NCBI RefSeq assembly: GCF_009914755.1
Contig: NC_060926.1
Direction: 5' to 3' (one strand)
Source: the human T2T-CHM13v2.0 reference genome, Homo sapiens
DNA length: 64,000 bases
Of this stretch, positions 1 to 15,734 are shown piece after piece. The position numbers and the translations under genes are program-made. How positions within the stretch are numbered: the first letter of the stretch is position 1; every line of letters starts with the position of its first letter. Below the pieces are notes generated by a model. That model made no database searches. It saw only the letters and a program-made list of their open reading frames with translations, and was not told where the DNA came from.

Positions 1-933
1 AGTGCAGCTGACCAGGTGTGAGGTGCCAGGGAGGGGCCTGGGTGGCCAGGGACCACACTACTGTCCACAGAGGGTCCCAGGAGGAGCTGCTGCTGGAAGG
101 AGGCTGGTGGTCCCTTGGGAAAAGCCGATGTGTGATGTGGGAGCAGCGGGGCAGGTGGTTCTCTGGAGGGTGCTGTTCAGAGGCGCGGGCTTGGGAGAGT
201 GTGGCTAGCCTGACCCTGAAGCTGGGGGTCGGTGGGGTCCCCGAGGGAGAGCGCTACAGAGGTCGGGGAGAGGCCTGGGCAAGGGTGGAAGAAGAACTGG
301 GAAGGCGGCCATGGGGTCCAGAGGGAAGGCAGCGCCTCAGTGACTGCCATCAGTGCAGGGAGCTGGGGCAGGGAAAGTGAGCTGAGCCACTAACTAGGCC
401 ACTGGTGTCACTGGTGGGGACAGGACGTGGACTGAAGTCTGGTGAAGTGAGAAGGGGGAGGAGGCAGGGGCAGAAGGATGGGGAGAGGGCAGACTTAGGG
501 TCTAGGCCCCCTGGCTGCAAAGGGAGAGGGTGGATGGCAGGCCCTAGAGGAGGGTGAGGAGGAGCAGTGGCTGCTCAGGAGCTGAAGGGAGACAGACCAC
601 AGGTGTGGCATGTAATGGAGCACCACAGCCCAAGCAGAGGTGAGGTGAGTCATGGAGAGAAAGGAGTGGAGAAGGTGCAGTGGAGTGGGGGGGATAGAGG
701 TGGTGCAGAGAGGGAGGTCCCGGAGCTGGCACTGCCAGCCCGTGTCTGTGTGGGCAGGAGCCCCAGGGAGGTTTGCAGTAGTAGCTTCAAGAGGGGAGGG
801 CTCTCTGGTCTGATCCCGCAGCAGGTCTGGTCTTTCAGACCCGTCCCTATATCATCAGCCTGACTGCAGGAGCAGTGGCCGGCATTCCTAGGGCCCCTGG
901 GGGCTGCGTCCCACCCTCCGGGCACCCTGATAC

Positions 934-1016
934 CTTGGTAAGCTTTCTCACGCTTCTTCTTCTCGGTGTCGATGTACTGCTCAGACGCCGCCTTGATCTT
1001 CTGCACCCAGGCGGTC
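934..1016 (-). CDS. ITSN2: ITSN2 long-isoform exon, end of PH domain: (R)[27 protein letters not shown]
   Basis: 83 nt; acceptor cgtag, donor gtatca; 1+81+1 nt, in phase with the preceding exon. Confidence 0.96.
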
Positions 1017-1796
1017 CTACGGGAGAAGCAGGGGCAGCCGTTGGCCGCATCCCACCCTCACAGGTCAGCGTGGAGCCCCAGAGCTCTGCACATGTTCTTC
1101 AGTCTTTTGCTAACCTCAACTTTCACAAGTTTCCTATCAAAGACCTGATATTAGTCAACTGAAAGATGCTTATGCTAATGGAGTATGAGAGCTGGTAGTG
1201 ACCCTTCTTGGCTGACCACAAAATGCCAGGCACTCGCAAGGCGCTGGGACCTGGAGACAGATGATGCATTGGCCCCACGGATGATACCTGGCACGAGGGG
1301 TTCTAGCGCACACAGAGGAGCAGCAGCACCCCCCGGGTTGGCGCCGCGGAGGCACTGTTGGAGCTGCAGCCTGAAGGAAGCTGGGAACAGCGGGGATGGC
1401 ACCCACACAAGGGCGCCTGAGGGGCGAAAGTCTGCAGGTGGAGGGACGAGGGCTGAGGCCTGTGGCCCAAGGAGGCCTCGGAAACCAGCAAAGCACAGTG
1501 GGCTGTCGCCTGCGGGCAGCCCCTGCAGGGACTGTAGCAGGGCCTCAGGTGCTGATCTGCCATTTGGGAAGGCTGCTGAGTGGTGTGGGGAGAGACTAGA
1601 AGCCGGGAAGCATGTTAGGAGGCAGCTGCAGTGACCAAGGCCTACCATGGGACTGGAGCAGAGGGGATGTGTTAAGAGAGGTTCAGGATACAGAATTAGT
1701 GGGGCTTAAGCACGGCTGGAGATGGGTTTATGGCAGAGGGAGACGTCCAGGCCTTCTCCCAGAGTTCAAGGCAGGCCACACATGGTCAGGACTGAC

Positions 1797-1918
1797 CTCT
1801 CATTAATGTTGTCTGTTCGGAGGGTGTAGACCCGATCAATGTGGGAAATGTGGAAGACAGGCTCATCGCTGGAAGGGTCTGTGGGCAGTTTCACCAAGAC
1901 TTCATTCAGGAAAATGGG
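1797..1918 (-). CDS. ITSN2: ITSN2 long-isoform exon, PH domain: [40 protein letters not shown](R)
   Basis: 122 nt; acceptor ttcag, donor gtcagt; not in the ORF track, translated by hand. Confidence 0.96.
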
Positions 1919-2514
1919 CTGAAAGAATTAGGGCCAAAACACAGGCTGTGAGATGGGCTAGAACACTCCACCCGCCTATGTCCAGAGAGAGTTCTGTTTG
2001 TTCTGAAGAGCCTTGTTGAGAAGGAGAAAGGGGTCTAGTGTCTAAGGTCTTCTACACAGAACAAATGAAACCTCCATTTGTAAGAACAATGAAGCCTCCA
2101 TTTCTGGAAAAGTCATTATCGAGGTGGGTCAGGTGTTGGGACTGGGTGGGGACAGGAGCTCCAAGCGCCCATGACGGCTGGTGCAAAAGGCTCTCTGCTA
2201 GCAACGCTGGTGCTGTGCTGGGGCTCGGCTTACAGAGACCCAATGCTGAATGCACACAGTGGTGAGCCCAGGTGTCACGCTGGCCAGGAGGAAGCCAGAA
2301 TCTCAGCTGGAATCTGGCTGATGGCCTGTGGCAGGTGGGGAGTGCCCAGCTGCATGGGGCCCTTCCCGTGGGAAGCAGCAAAGGAAGCACGAGCGATCTG
2401 GAACCAGGTGAGGAGGGTCCCGTAAGGCCAGCTCAGGGTCTGCCAGGGAGGCCTTAAGATAGAGGCAACACCTCATTAGGCCCCTGATGCTACCGCCAGA
2501 CGCGTGATACTCAC

Positions 2515-2730
2515 CGTTTTATACATTTTGAATTGAGCATTGGACTTCGAGCTGAAAAGTTTCTCAGAGCCAGAGGAAACAGCAAACTGCTTGACCATGT
2601 AGGTAAGAAGCAGGAAGTCATTGAAGAGGAATCCGTGCAGTTCCTTGTTGCTCTTGGTCTTGTATAATTTCCCACTGTGTAAGAGCTTCCGGGGCCCCAG
2701 GCAGTTGGTGAGAGAGTTGAAAATAAGTTG
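2515..2730 (-). CDS. ITSN2: ITSN2 long-isoform exon, PH domain start: [24 protein letters not shown]...QFKMYKT
   Basis: 216 nt, phase 0/0; acceptor tttaag (AAG type), donor gtgagt; inside ORF 2476..2772. Confidence 0.96.
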
Positions 2731-3004
2731 CTTAAAGAGAAAGAAAATTTCACTTTTTAAATCCCGGCACAAACCATCCAGTGCCCCTGAGAGGCCAGTG
2801 CCCTGGGCCTGAGGATACTGTGGTGGAGTTTTCTAGGTGGGAATGTGGCTAGAATCATTCACTTTGCATGAAAGATCCTTAAATACATTACTCTTCAGAG
2901 TCCAAACTGGCCCAGTGAAAATCATTACTTCTAGCCACAGAACACTGATTCTACCAGCTGAATTCAAAGAACTCAAAACAAAAAATCCCAGTGTTCTCTC
3001 CTTA

Positions 3005-3686
<682 letters not shown>

Positions 3687-5346
3687 TCACCTGCCCACCT
3701 GGACCTTCGCAGGACCGCTCCTCCAACCCCATGTTATGGACTGCTTCCATGCCCTGGAAACGCGGCGGTGAACAAGACGACACTTTCCGCCCTTGAGAAA
3801 CTCGTACTCCCACAAGTTCTTGGGGACACAGGGACAGGTAACGCTGCTGTGACAAGGTGACAGTGCTAAACGGATCAAGTGCTCTGAACTGTGTGGGTCT
3901 CTGGTTGCTCTCCGACTGGCTCCCGGTAATAGGCGGGAGCCTCCCGACTCCTTCCGAAATTTAAGCCATGTAAGGGTGCGCCCTCCTGTATAAACTGGCT
4001 GCAGCTGTGGTAAGTGTGAACTTGCTGAATAGCAATGGTTCATAACAATTTTGGGGTCACTGATCCTTTTGAAAAAAATCTGATGAAAGCAATGACTCCC
4101 ATGCCACAGGAAAAATACAATAAAATCACATTGTCAGCATGTGGAAGAAATGCATTCTGTTCATTCTGAAGCAATTTCAAACGACGCATGCTGCAACTGT
4201 GAACGCGCAGAGGCCAGAATACAAACGTGTGTGGTCCCTCCAGAAATTAGGGGCCATCACCAGATGCCCCGTCTGGACTCTCTCACTCTAGTCAGATGAG
4301 TGCACAGTCCTTCATTTACAATTCTAAAATGCAGAACAGCCTGAGAGCCTAAAGTTTTTATTCAGTACCCATTTGGTGGCAAAATCTGACCTAAACAGAA
4401 GAGATATATTTACTTACTCTTACAGTGATTGTTCTTATGTTCCACTGTAGGAATATTAGTGTGTCTGGTTGTAAGTGCTACCCTAAGGCTCAGTTGAGGA
4501 GTCATATATTATATGGTATTTGAGCTACATTCCGAATTCTGAAACACATCTGGCCCCAAGTATTTCAATGAAGGGGCTGTGAACCTGCATTATGGTTCAG
4601 TTTAGTGCAGGCGTCTATCACATGAGGTCTATGTTGAGGTCACACAGCTAACAGACCAAAAGTCAAGGAATCATCAATAGAAGTAACAAGCTTATCATAT
4701 TCCTGCTGCTTTTCTTTGTAAGTTACTGTAATCAATGGTTAATCGTGGGATAATCTTTTGTAAAGTCTGCCTTTTCCTTAGAAGGCTTATGGGCTCAAGA
4801 GGGCCCTATTGCTTATCAAAAAGAAAGCTGGAAGGAATTTTAGAAGGAATGTTGAAGCCGAATACAGCGAGGGACACAAATGAACTCTATTTATGATGTG
4901 CCAAGTGGAGCCTCCTGGGACATCTAGGAAAGGTGTTCAGGGTGGATGGAGGCAGATCTCAGAGGAAAGACTGGAGTCTAAGGTTACTCTGGTCTTTCTC
5001 TGGGTTCAAGATGGGCTCCACAACTGGAGACCTAGAGGGGCCTTTCCCTGCCTGGACAAGTATACTTATGACTTTGAGATGCTGGGGAGTTTCTTGAAAG
5101 GTGGGTGACAGGTTACCCAAGTGATACTGGATTCCTCTCTGATTTGCCCACTTCAAGGATTCAGCGTGTTTCTGTGCACACACACACACAGGCATCTGGT
5201 CCCCGGGACAGTGGGATCACTTGTGCGGTGTCACACTGTGTGCAGGGTGAGGTGGCATGCTCAGGGCTCCCTGAGGATCTGGCCTCTGTGGACCTCAGCG
5301 CATCCTGCTCCTAACTCAGACCCCACTGCCCGGCCTGCACACTCAC

Positions 5347-5445
5347 ACTTCTGATGAGCAGTGGGTAGCGGGTGATCCTCTGCATGGGTTTCAGCAGGAA
5401 GCTGGAGAGGGGCATTCCTTTACACCGCGGGTCAGATGCCAGCTT
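5347..5445 (-). CDS. ITSN2: ITSN2 long-isoform exon, DH domain: [33 protein letters not shown]
   Basis: 99 nt, phase 0/0; DH signature [14 protein letters not shown]; acceptor ttgcag, donor gtgagt. Confidence 0.97.
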
Positions 5446-8080
5446 CTGCAAAACAACAGTGAGGCTCGTGAGGAAATCACAGCTCCGATCACAGGAAGCA
5501 CTGGTCTTTGATCGCCTTTTAGATTTCACATTTCTTTTATTTATTTATGTTTCTCCCTGTCTTACTGTTTTAGAATTTTTTTTAGGTGAGTGTTCTATTT
5601 TTTATTTTTATTTTAAAATTTGTGTATATTCACAACATACAAGTGTAATTTTGCTACACTGATATGTCGCACTGTAGTAAAGTGAGGGGGCTTCGACTTT
5701 CTTTTAAATAACTCAGGATCTAAAATGATACCTATTAGGTTCACAGTAGGAATATCTCAGCTCATGTGCCAAGCCCAGCGGATGCTCCTCAGCTCTTTCC
5801 CATGACCTGTGCTGGGACTGTCCCCTGCCCTCTCTTCTCGGAGCTGATTCACACTTGACCCTCAAGACTCAGGCCCTGCTTCCCCTTGTCCAGGCTCTCC
5901 CCTGGGACACCTTCCCTCCTTTCCATGACCCTCCCTGGCTACCTTTAGCATACACCACATGTGCACCAGGTGATACAGGGAGAGGCATCGTGTTGCAGTG
6001 TCTCTATTCCACACCCGATTTGTGAACGCCAGGCCCAGGGCCCACATCCTACTTGCCTCTACCCCTAGCTCTGGTACACTGCCTGAAGACAGCAGCTGCT
6101 GCTCTAGGATGGCAGCTTTTAATGACTGAAAAGTACACTCACTGTAATCCACCTCATCATTTCCCCACTACTGGATATTTAAATTGCCCCCCTTTTGTTT
6201 TGGCCGTATCTATATAGGTTGCTGTCACAAGCATCTTCGTGCTTCTTATTTCCATATTTTCTGAGTCTTTTTAAAAAGTAACATTTTAGAACACAGCTTA
6301 TTGCTAGATTTTGCTTTTTAAGGTAACCTATAGCAGGCCTTTCATGAGGCAGTATTTTTATTTATTTTGACTACTGTTACAATTGTGATGACTTTGAAAT
6401 CCTATTTACATCATTATTTTAAAACATGCACATATACTAACAATTCTCAGTTTATCTCATTATTCTGATGAATGTTTAATTCTATGGTCTTGGTTTCCAT
6501 GTTTCTTCCAGTTCATTTCGAGGCAACTCCCTGCCTCCTACCCTTATCACAAATCGAAGGGCTCTGTCCTCACTGCCTTATATTGAATCATTTTTGCATC
6601 CCTGAGATCATCGTAAGGAAAAATACGATAATCATTTATTGAATGCTAATAGTAATGTGTTGGTCTCTGAGTTAAAGTCCTTTAAAAGTACTGTGTGATA
6701 ATCTCCTTTTATAGATGAGGGGACTGAAGGCACCCACATGTTAAATAACTTGCCTCTGGTCACACAATTAGACAGTGACGGGGCCGAGATTCTGAAGCCT
6801 GTCTTGTTCTAAGCATAGTATGCTATAGCCTCCTGAGATAATCCTATTTGGTTATGATAGGCTCTTCTTTTCATGTAATGCTTAATTTTATGAATTGTTA
6901 CTTTAATTAAGAGTTTAACAGCTGTATTTGTAAATGATAGTGGGTTTTAACTTAAACAGGCCTTGGAATCATGGCTACTTTTGCTTTATAGAATGAATTA
7001 GGTGACCTTTTTACTTTTTCCTATGATCTGTAACAGTTTGTATAATATAGAATAATCTGTTCCTTTAGAGTTGGAGAGAATTCCCTGTTAAATCCATCAA
7101 GTGAACCCAGCTCCTTTTTGGGGTAAGTTTCTCAATTTTCTCCTTGGTGTATAGTATCGTAATAGTAAGATTTTCTATTTTTAAAAGATTTTCTATTCTT
7201 ATTGAGCCAGTTTTCAAGTTTTAATAGAAAATTACAAATTTTGTTCATGTTTTCACATTTGTTAGCATGTCTTTTGGAATTACATGCACTTTAATTTAAG
7301 AGATCTCCTTACATCCATTCTGTTACTTGTGTTTTTTCCTCTTTCTCTATTAGATTCATCAGTTACATTTTATTATCTCTCTTCAATATAACAGTTCTTG
7401 GATATATTGATATAATTTGTGCTTTTTACCTTTATTACTTCCTCCATTTTCCTTTTCTAATTTCTATTCTCTGCCTAAACATCTTTATATTTTATTCTTA
7501 CTTTCTACTCTTTTCTGATAATGAAAATATTTAAATTATATACTCTCCTTAAGTACTGATATGGCTGTTTAATATATCCCAATATGCAGTATTTCATGAA
7601 CAAAAAAACCCAACAGGAAATATGAAAAAAAGCAAGAAAACAGATTTTACTTTCAATTTCCTCACCATTTTAACAGGTATAATAATAGTTTCTACTACTG
7701 AACAACATCAATGCAAATAACTTCTCAAAATATGACTTTCTATTATAATAACCTGTACGAAGGATGTTGTTGACTCATTACATTATACACAGTGTTCTCT
7801 CTCTGAGTACAGCTGTAGCTTTACTTCTCATGTTTAACTTGTGACGTGGCATCACGGAACTGATCCTTTCTTCTTCTGCTCATCAGTTTCTGGAAGCTTT
7901 GATGACATCTGTGCACACTTCTGGTATATTTACAGGATCACAGATATGCATTTTATATATTATCCTAATTCCTGGTATCGTCTTTGTTTCCTACTCTCAT
8001 TTCCTTTTGTCCAAGTTTATTCATCTAGTTATTTTAAATTTTATCTTGTTGCATTTTATATATTTGAGTAAGCTATTTTA

Positions 8081-8704
<624 letters not shown>

Positions 8705-8744
8705 TCAGAAGGAGCCTGACCCGCAAGGCCCAGAATGGAATTAC

Positions 8745-8928
8745 CTTTAAAAATTCTTTGAAATCTGTGTCTTCATCTGTCTTCTGCTGTAACAGAGCTG
8801 CTCCATTAAGCTGGCAGCTGCAGAACCTGATGTAAGCCTGCATGTGGGACAGCTCAGCGGCCAGGATGTCCCCAATCATCTGCACCGGCATCTTCTCGCC
8901 CCCGGTCTTCTTCCGCACCCGCAAAGCC
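8745..8928 (-). CDS. ITSN2: ITSN2 long-isoform exon, DH domain: (K)[22 protein letters not shown]...DFKEFLK
   Basis: 184 nt (1+183); acceptor ggcag, donor gtaatt. Confidence 0.96.
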
Positions 8929-9169
8929 CTGCCAAGAACACACTCTCATTTTGTGTTTCTAAGTGAATGACTTAGGTAATTAAAGGATGAATCCCATGGC
9001 AGACCAATGGTAATGATAACCAGTGAGCTACCTAAGAACCTCTGGCACTGGGAAGGAGAACTCAAGAGGAAGAGGAGATAGCTTGGGCCAAAAGCTCTGC
9101 TGGTCAAGCCAACCGGGGTGTGATGTCAGCAAAGAAAAAAAAAGTAAATAAAGTCCCTGCAGTTGGGTG

Positions 9170-9478
9170 GGCTGGGCACGGTGGCTCATGCCTCTAATCC
9201 CAGCATTTCGGGAGGCCGAGGCAAGAGGATTGCTTGAGCCCAGGAGTTCGAGACCAGCTTGGGCAACATAGTGAGACCCTGTCTCTACAAAAATGAAAAA
9301 TTAGCTGGGCATGGTGGTGCACGCCTGTAGTTCCAGCTACTCCGGAGGCTGAGGTAGGAGGATTGCTTGAATCCAGGAGTTCAAGTTGGGTGCAGTGAGC
9401 TACGATCACACCACTGCACTGCAGCTTGGGTGACAGAGTGAGACCTTGCCTCTAAAAATAATAAAAATAAAAATAAAT
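9170..9478 (+). mobile_element. Alu (J-type)
   Basis: GGATTGCTTGAGCCCAGGAGTTC J-like diagnostic; A-rich tail. Confidence 0.93.
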
Positions 9479-9499
9479 TTAAAAAATACACACCTGGGT

Positions 9500-10000
<501 letters not shown>

Positions 10001-10600
10001 TTAGCTTCTTGGCAAAGTTTCTTTTGAAAGATTCTAACTTGTTCTTGGTTGAACCAAGAAGGAAATTTTCAGTCTGTAAGAGAAAAAAGGGAGCAGGAGC
10101 TGCAGGGGCCAGGTGTGGAGGCAGAGAGGCACTATCCCTGAGGGAAGCTGGGACTGCTCATCCTCCCTTGGGGGGCCTGTCCTCACAGCCACGAAGGATG
10201 GAAAATCACCCCAACAGTAGAACTTCACATGGGGATAGAGACTTAGGAGGCCACCAAACTAGGCAGTTTTATCTGCGCCGTGAGCTGCAGCTCTCCTCTG
10301 ACTCTTCTGCCCTGCCAGGGTCAAGGACATCTTATATCTTGGAATCATAGATTGATATGTTGTTTAATGATTTAATTTTTTCTTTATCAAAATATTTTGT
10401 TATATTTCTTTACTTTCTTCAATACTTATGTATTTTACAGTCACAGGATATTTCATAAAATGATAATAAAATAACAAGCCTGAGGAAGCAGAAAGCAGTT
10501 GAAGTTCCTTTGCTAAGAAGCCCTTGCAGAGGGTTTTGTGTGAGTCTCAGTCTGGGGGCTTTGGGGTCAGCGGCAATGACAGGTGATGCTCAGGACTCAC

Positions 10601-10707
10601 TTCAGCAGCTTTGTGTTGGACATGATGAGCTCCTTCCAGTTAACAAAAATCAGGGCCATCTCCCCTTCAGTGAGAAAGCCTGACTCTGCCATGCGTTTCT
10701 GAAAAAC
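10601..10707 (-). CDS. ITSN2: ITSN2 long-isoform exon, DH domain: [35 protein letters not shown](K)
   Basis: 107 nt (105+2); acceptor tttag, donor gtgagt. Confidence 0.96.
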
Positions 10708-13587
10708 CTAAAGTCAAAACATAGAAAAACTAGTTAGCTTAAGTGTGGATACACAGCCTACGTGTGGTCTAAATCAAACAATGTCTTCATAAACTGAAAC
10801 TAATCAGATCAAATAATGTCATCATAAACTGAAGCTAATCATCCAAATAAGCATACTTATGACACATTTTATACTGCATAATGTTCTTTCTTTTTGCTAG
10901 TGCAGCTCTTATCAAGGCTAGTTCCAAGGACTGAATCTAGTAATCTGGTTAAGAGGAGATTTTCAGATTTCTCTCTTAGGGATGTTATGAAGGTTAAATA
11001 AAGCCATGGGCATGAACACCTAGGCACTGTACAAGCTTGCAGGATTGAGGAAGCAGGCCATTGTTAGGTGGAGCATCGTAGAGTTCTAGACAACAATTTG
11101 TGAGACATTCAACAGGAGAACCAGAGTAACAACTTATGCCACCCCTAAGATAACTCTAAGCAGATGTGGGTTTTAGAAGTTGGCTGCTGAGGGAGAAATA
11201 GTAATACTCTACATCTGTATTACATAGCACTTAAGGATTTACAAAGCACTGATATGTACAAATATGCAGATGCTTGTGTGTGTGTACACACACGCGTGTG
11301 TGTTTGCAGGGTTCTCAAGTAGCTTCACGGGTGATGGAGGTGAAGCTGAGTCAGGTATTATTATTACCAATTGACCTATGAAGAAATAAAGGCTTAGAGG
11401 GAGACTTGCTCAAGATCACAAAGACAGAATATGAAAGGCCTAGGACTAAAATTCAGCTCTTTTTGATTCTAAATCTAAGTTTCAACTGCATAACTGAGAT
11501 TCCTAGGGAATGACTTTAAACATCTTAAGGAAATAGAGAAGTTACCTGAGACACTCTTCTCATATGTCATCTTTCCAAAATGCCCATGACATGCTGCTAT
11601 TAGAATCACTCAAAGCTCTCCACTGTCCGTGTGATAAGACACAGACTCCTCCTGGAGGTTCCAGGGCCTATGAGACCTGCCCCCTGCCAACCTCACCAGC
11701 CTGGCCCGCAGCTACTTCACACTCCAGTCACCCTGGATGGCCTGTAGGCCCCTGACTCCCTCCATACATGCCATCCCACTTCTGTTTCCTCCTCCTGGAG
11801 TAGCAAACTTGTCCTTGTCCAAAACATAACTGGGAAAGTTCTTCCTGGCTGGGGTGGTCACTAACCCCAGGTTTCAGCCTTACTGGCCCCACTGTACCTC
11901 TCTCCATCCAACAGGACTCTGAATTCCTGGAGGACAAGAACTTTCTTTCATCTCTGTTCTCTGGCATAGCCCTTTGCACATCGTGGTTTGTAATTCATGT
12001 TTACTGAGTTGAGTTGAACATGGATTCACAGAATTCAAGTACAAGTGCTGGGCACTCTCTAAAGAGAGTTTTACAGTTCCAAATCAGACTGAAGACACTA
12101 GGCCACTCCTGTGAGAGCAGCCCTGGAAAGACGGCCGGCCTGCTCGGAGGCTGCTATGGAGGGACAGGGAAGAGTCTGGCTGTCCATCTGTTTGTTTATT
12201 TGCTGATTCATTCATGCCCCTCTAGCCATCCATGTAGCTGCTTTGTGCCGGGCTTGGTGAGGTAAGCAGATGGGAATAAGCTGGTCAGGCCTCTGGGAAC
12301 CTTCATGAGGATGGTCATAAGAAGGCCTCACCTGTGAATGGTGCTTTTCACCCAGAATCCTGGACCCAGACCTGATGCTTCACTCCTCAGAGTATGGGGC
12401 AAGCACCCGGTGCCTGCTCACCTCTGTCCTAGTGTTAGGGAGACCTCCACACCTACTTACAGTGCCTTAGGACTGGAATCTGACCAGCAGCAGGGCTGAT
12501 CCTTGTAGGGGATTAATCAAAATGATGGGCTTTTCTTCTAGGCCATCTATCCTGGCCAGAGAGGTGCAGACATAAACACACCCAATTCACTGACTACTTA
12601 TGGAAAGGCCGACCAAGGGCCAGGCTAAGTTTTGGGAACACAGGATGAAGGCTGCACGGTCCCTGTTCTCAGTGAGCCCACAGGCGTGCAGTGAAGATAG
12701 ATATCACCAACCGAGAAGTGCCATATAGTTTGCATGGGAGGGGAACAAGTATTCCATGTCTGGATATCCCAGGCATTAGGCCTGCGTTTAAGGTGGAGAG
12801 TGAATCCAGGGCAGGGCTTGCTGGGGAACAGACGCAGAAGGACGCAGCCTCTGCTCCATTCAGCTATGAAAGGCATGGCCAGGTATACGCTGCACCTGTT
12901 GGGTGTGTGGGGGTAGGGGACGCCTGTTCTTTTCAGGTGGTTTGTTAATGTAACTGGTCTTCTCACCTGAGGGCCTGTACACTGGGAACTGAAAGGCATG
13001 GAAACAAAGGTATAGTAGAAATGGAAAGTCTTCTTTTGTTCACTCAAGCACAAATCATTTTAAAGTGCTACTCGAATAAGGATAGCTGTCATCAGAGTAG
13101 AGGTCACTGGTATAAACAAACAGTAGCTATATGATATTTGGGAACTATTTTACAGTATGCTCCCATTGGGTTTTCCAAACTGATACAACCATGAGGTGAA
13201 CACTTTCACTGTTTCACAGTTCCTCCAGAGATACCAGTTTATGAAAATGTCAGATGTTAAAACAGATATTAGGCAAATATCCAAGGAAGCTACGGTCTGC
13301 CATAGGCCCTTCCCATCCACTCTATCCCCGTCCTTCCTTGATGGGGCTCCTGCCACATCCAACGAAGCCATGCGAATGCCCTCTTGTTCTCCCGCTTCAC
13401 TCTGAGTGACCTCATCTGGGGGAAAGAGCTCATTAGAGACTTTCAATCTCAAGCATTATCCGGCAGGCAGAGACAGCATTTGGAGGATGTGAGAGCTTCC
13501 GTCACTATTTGTGAATTCACACATCAAAAGTGATGCCTTGCTTTGACTCTGCGTGGAGGCAGCCCTGAGTCTGATGCCCACCATCTC

Positions 13588-13638
13588 TCATGAGAGACAG
13601 CAGATACCCCGAGAGCTAGCCAGCAGCAGCCTCCTCAC
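13588..13638 (-). CDS. ITSN2: Intron read-through extension giving alternative C-terminus [16 protein letters not shown]
   Basis: Frame stays open past the donor to TGA at 13588-13590. Counting from the short-isoform end gives a 1249-aa product, matching an annotated ITSN2 isoform as I recall it. Nearest canonical AATAAA I saw is at 12195-12200 (minus). Confidence 0.75.
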   Translation of the reverse strand: MRRLLLASSRGICCLS

Positions 13639-13760
13639 CTCGACGACGAGCTGAAGGTCAGCCATGTACCGCTCTTCGGTCTGAATCAGCTCATGAATAT
13701 AGCCCTGTCTTTTCCTCTCAATTGGCTGCATTGTGTCCAGGGTTTGCAGATCAGCACACC
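13639..13760 (-). CDS. ITSN2: ITSN2 first DH-region exon: (W)[40 protein letters not shown]
   Basis: 122 nt (2+120); acceptor ttttccacag, donor gtgagg; DH motif ELIQTEERY. Confidence 0.97.
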
Positions 13761-14659
13761 CTGTGGAAAAAACAGGGTAGTTTAAAATATTACTTTAGTC
13801 AACTTTGTAGAAAATAGACATTTGTCAGCAGATGTGCTGGGTTTACAAATGCTGCTTTGAAAGAATGACGCAGCCTTAAAAAGGACGCTGCTAACTTCTG
13901 CAGAGCAGCATGCGTACGCGGAGAGTTGGCATTAATGAGCCGGCACTCACAGCTCCAAAGTGGCAAATCAGCAATGTCTGTAACATTTCAATGTGCTCCT
14001 AATTTCTTTTCAGAACTGTGCAGAGCGTGTGAAGAATCTCACCACCTCAAGACATTTTTCGAAGTTACTGAAATGATTAAATGAATCAGATGCTTCAGAC
14101 CACTCCAAACTGCAGGTCATGAGCCATTAGTGGGTCATTATATCATTTTGGTTTTAAAATGCTGGTCAGGCCCAGCATTAAAAAATAAATAAATAGAAAT
14201 TACCATGCATATGGCTTTGGTAAATATTGTGAAATGTTTAGTTATGTATGTATTCGAAATGTAAAATGTATTTCTCACTGTGAGCTACTGTTAAAAAAAT
14301 GTTTGAGAAACAGTCTCTAGATTTCTTAAAGGAAAGTTCTAAGGTTATAAAACCTGAAATTCCCAGATCCCAGCAATTCCCAGAAGACCACTGCCTCATC
14401 TCACTAGAACAAATAACTCCTGGTACACTGCAGATATCCAGCCACAAATGACAGGAAAGTCACAAGCAACCTTGCATCAGGGTGAGAGGTACTGCATTCA
14501 CTTTGGATCAATTCACAGGCACATCACAGCTGAACTAGATGTCAAACTATGAAGTGACATAATTCCAGAGTCACTTAACAAGTAGCTGAGGGCTTGCCTA
14601 TACACAGTGATGTGGCGAAATACCTCAGGAAACCCTTCTTAGAAAAAAAAGCAAAAGCA

Positions 14660-15734
<1,075 letters not shown>

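Noticed and set aside
2-2457. Many overlapping 60-157 aa ORFs on both strands
   Set aside because: Expected in GC-rich intronic DNA; only the segments matching spliced ITSN2 exons have domain-like sequence.
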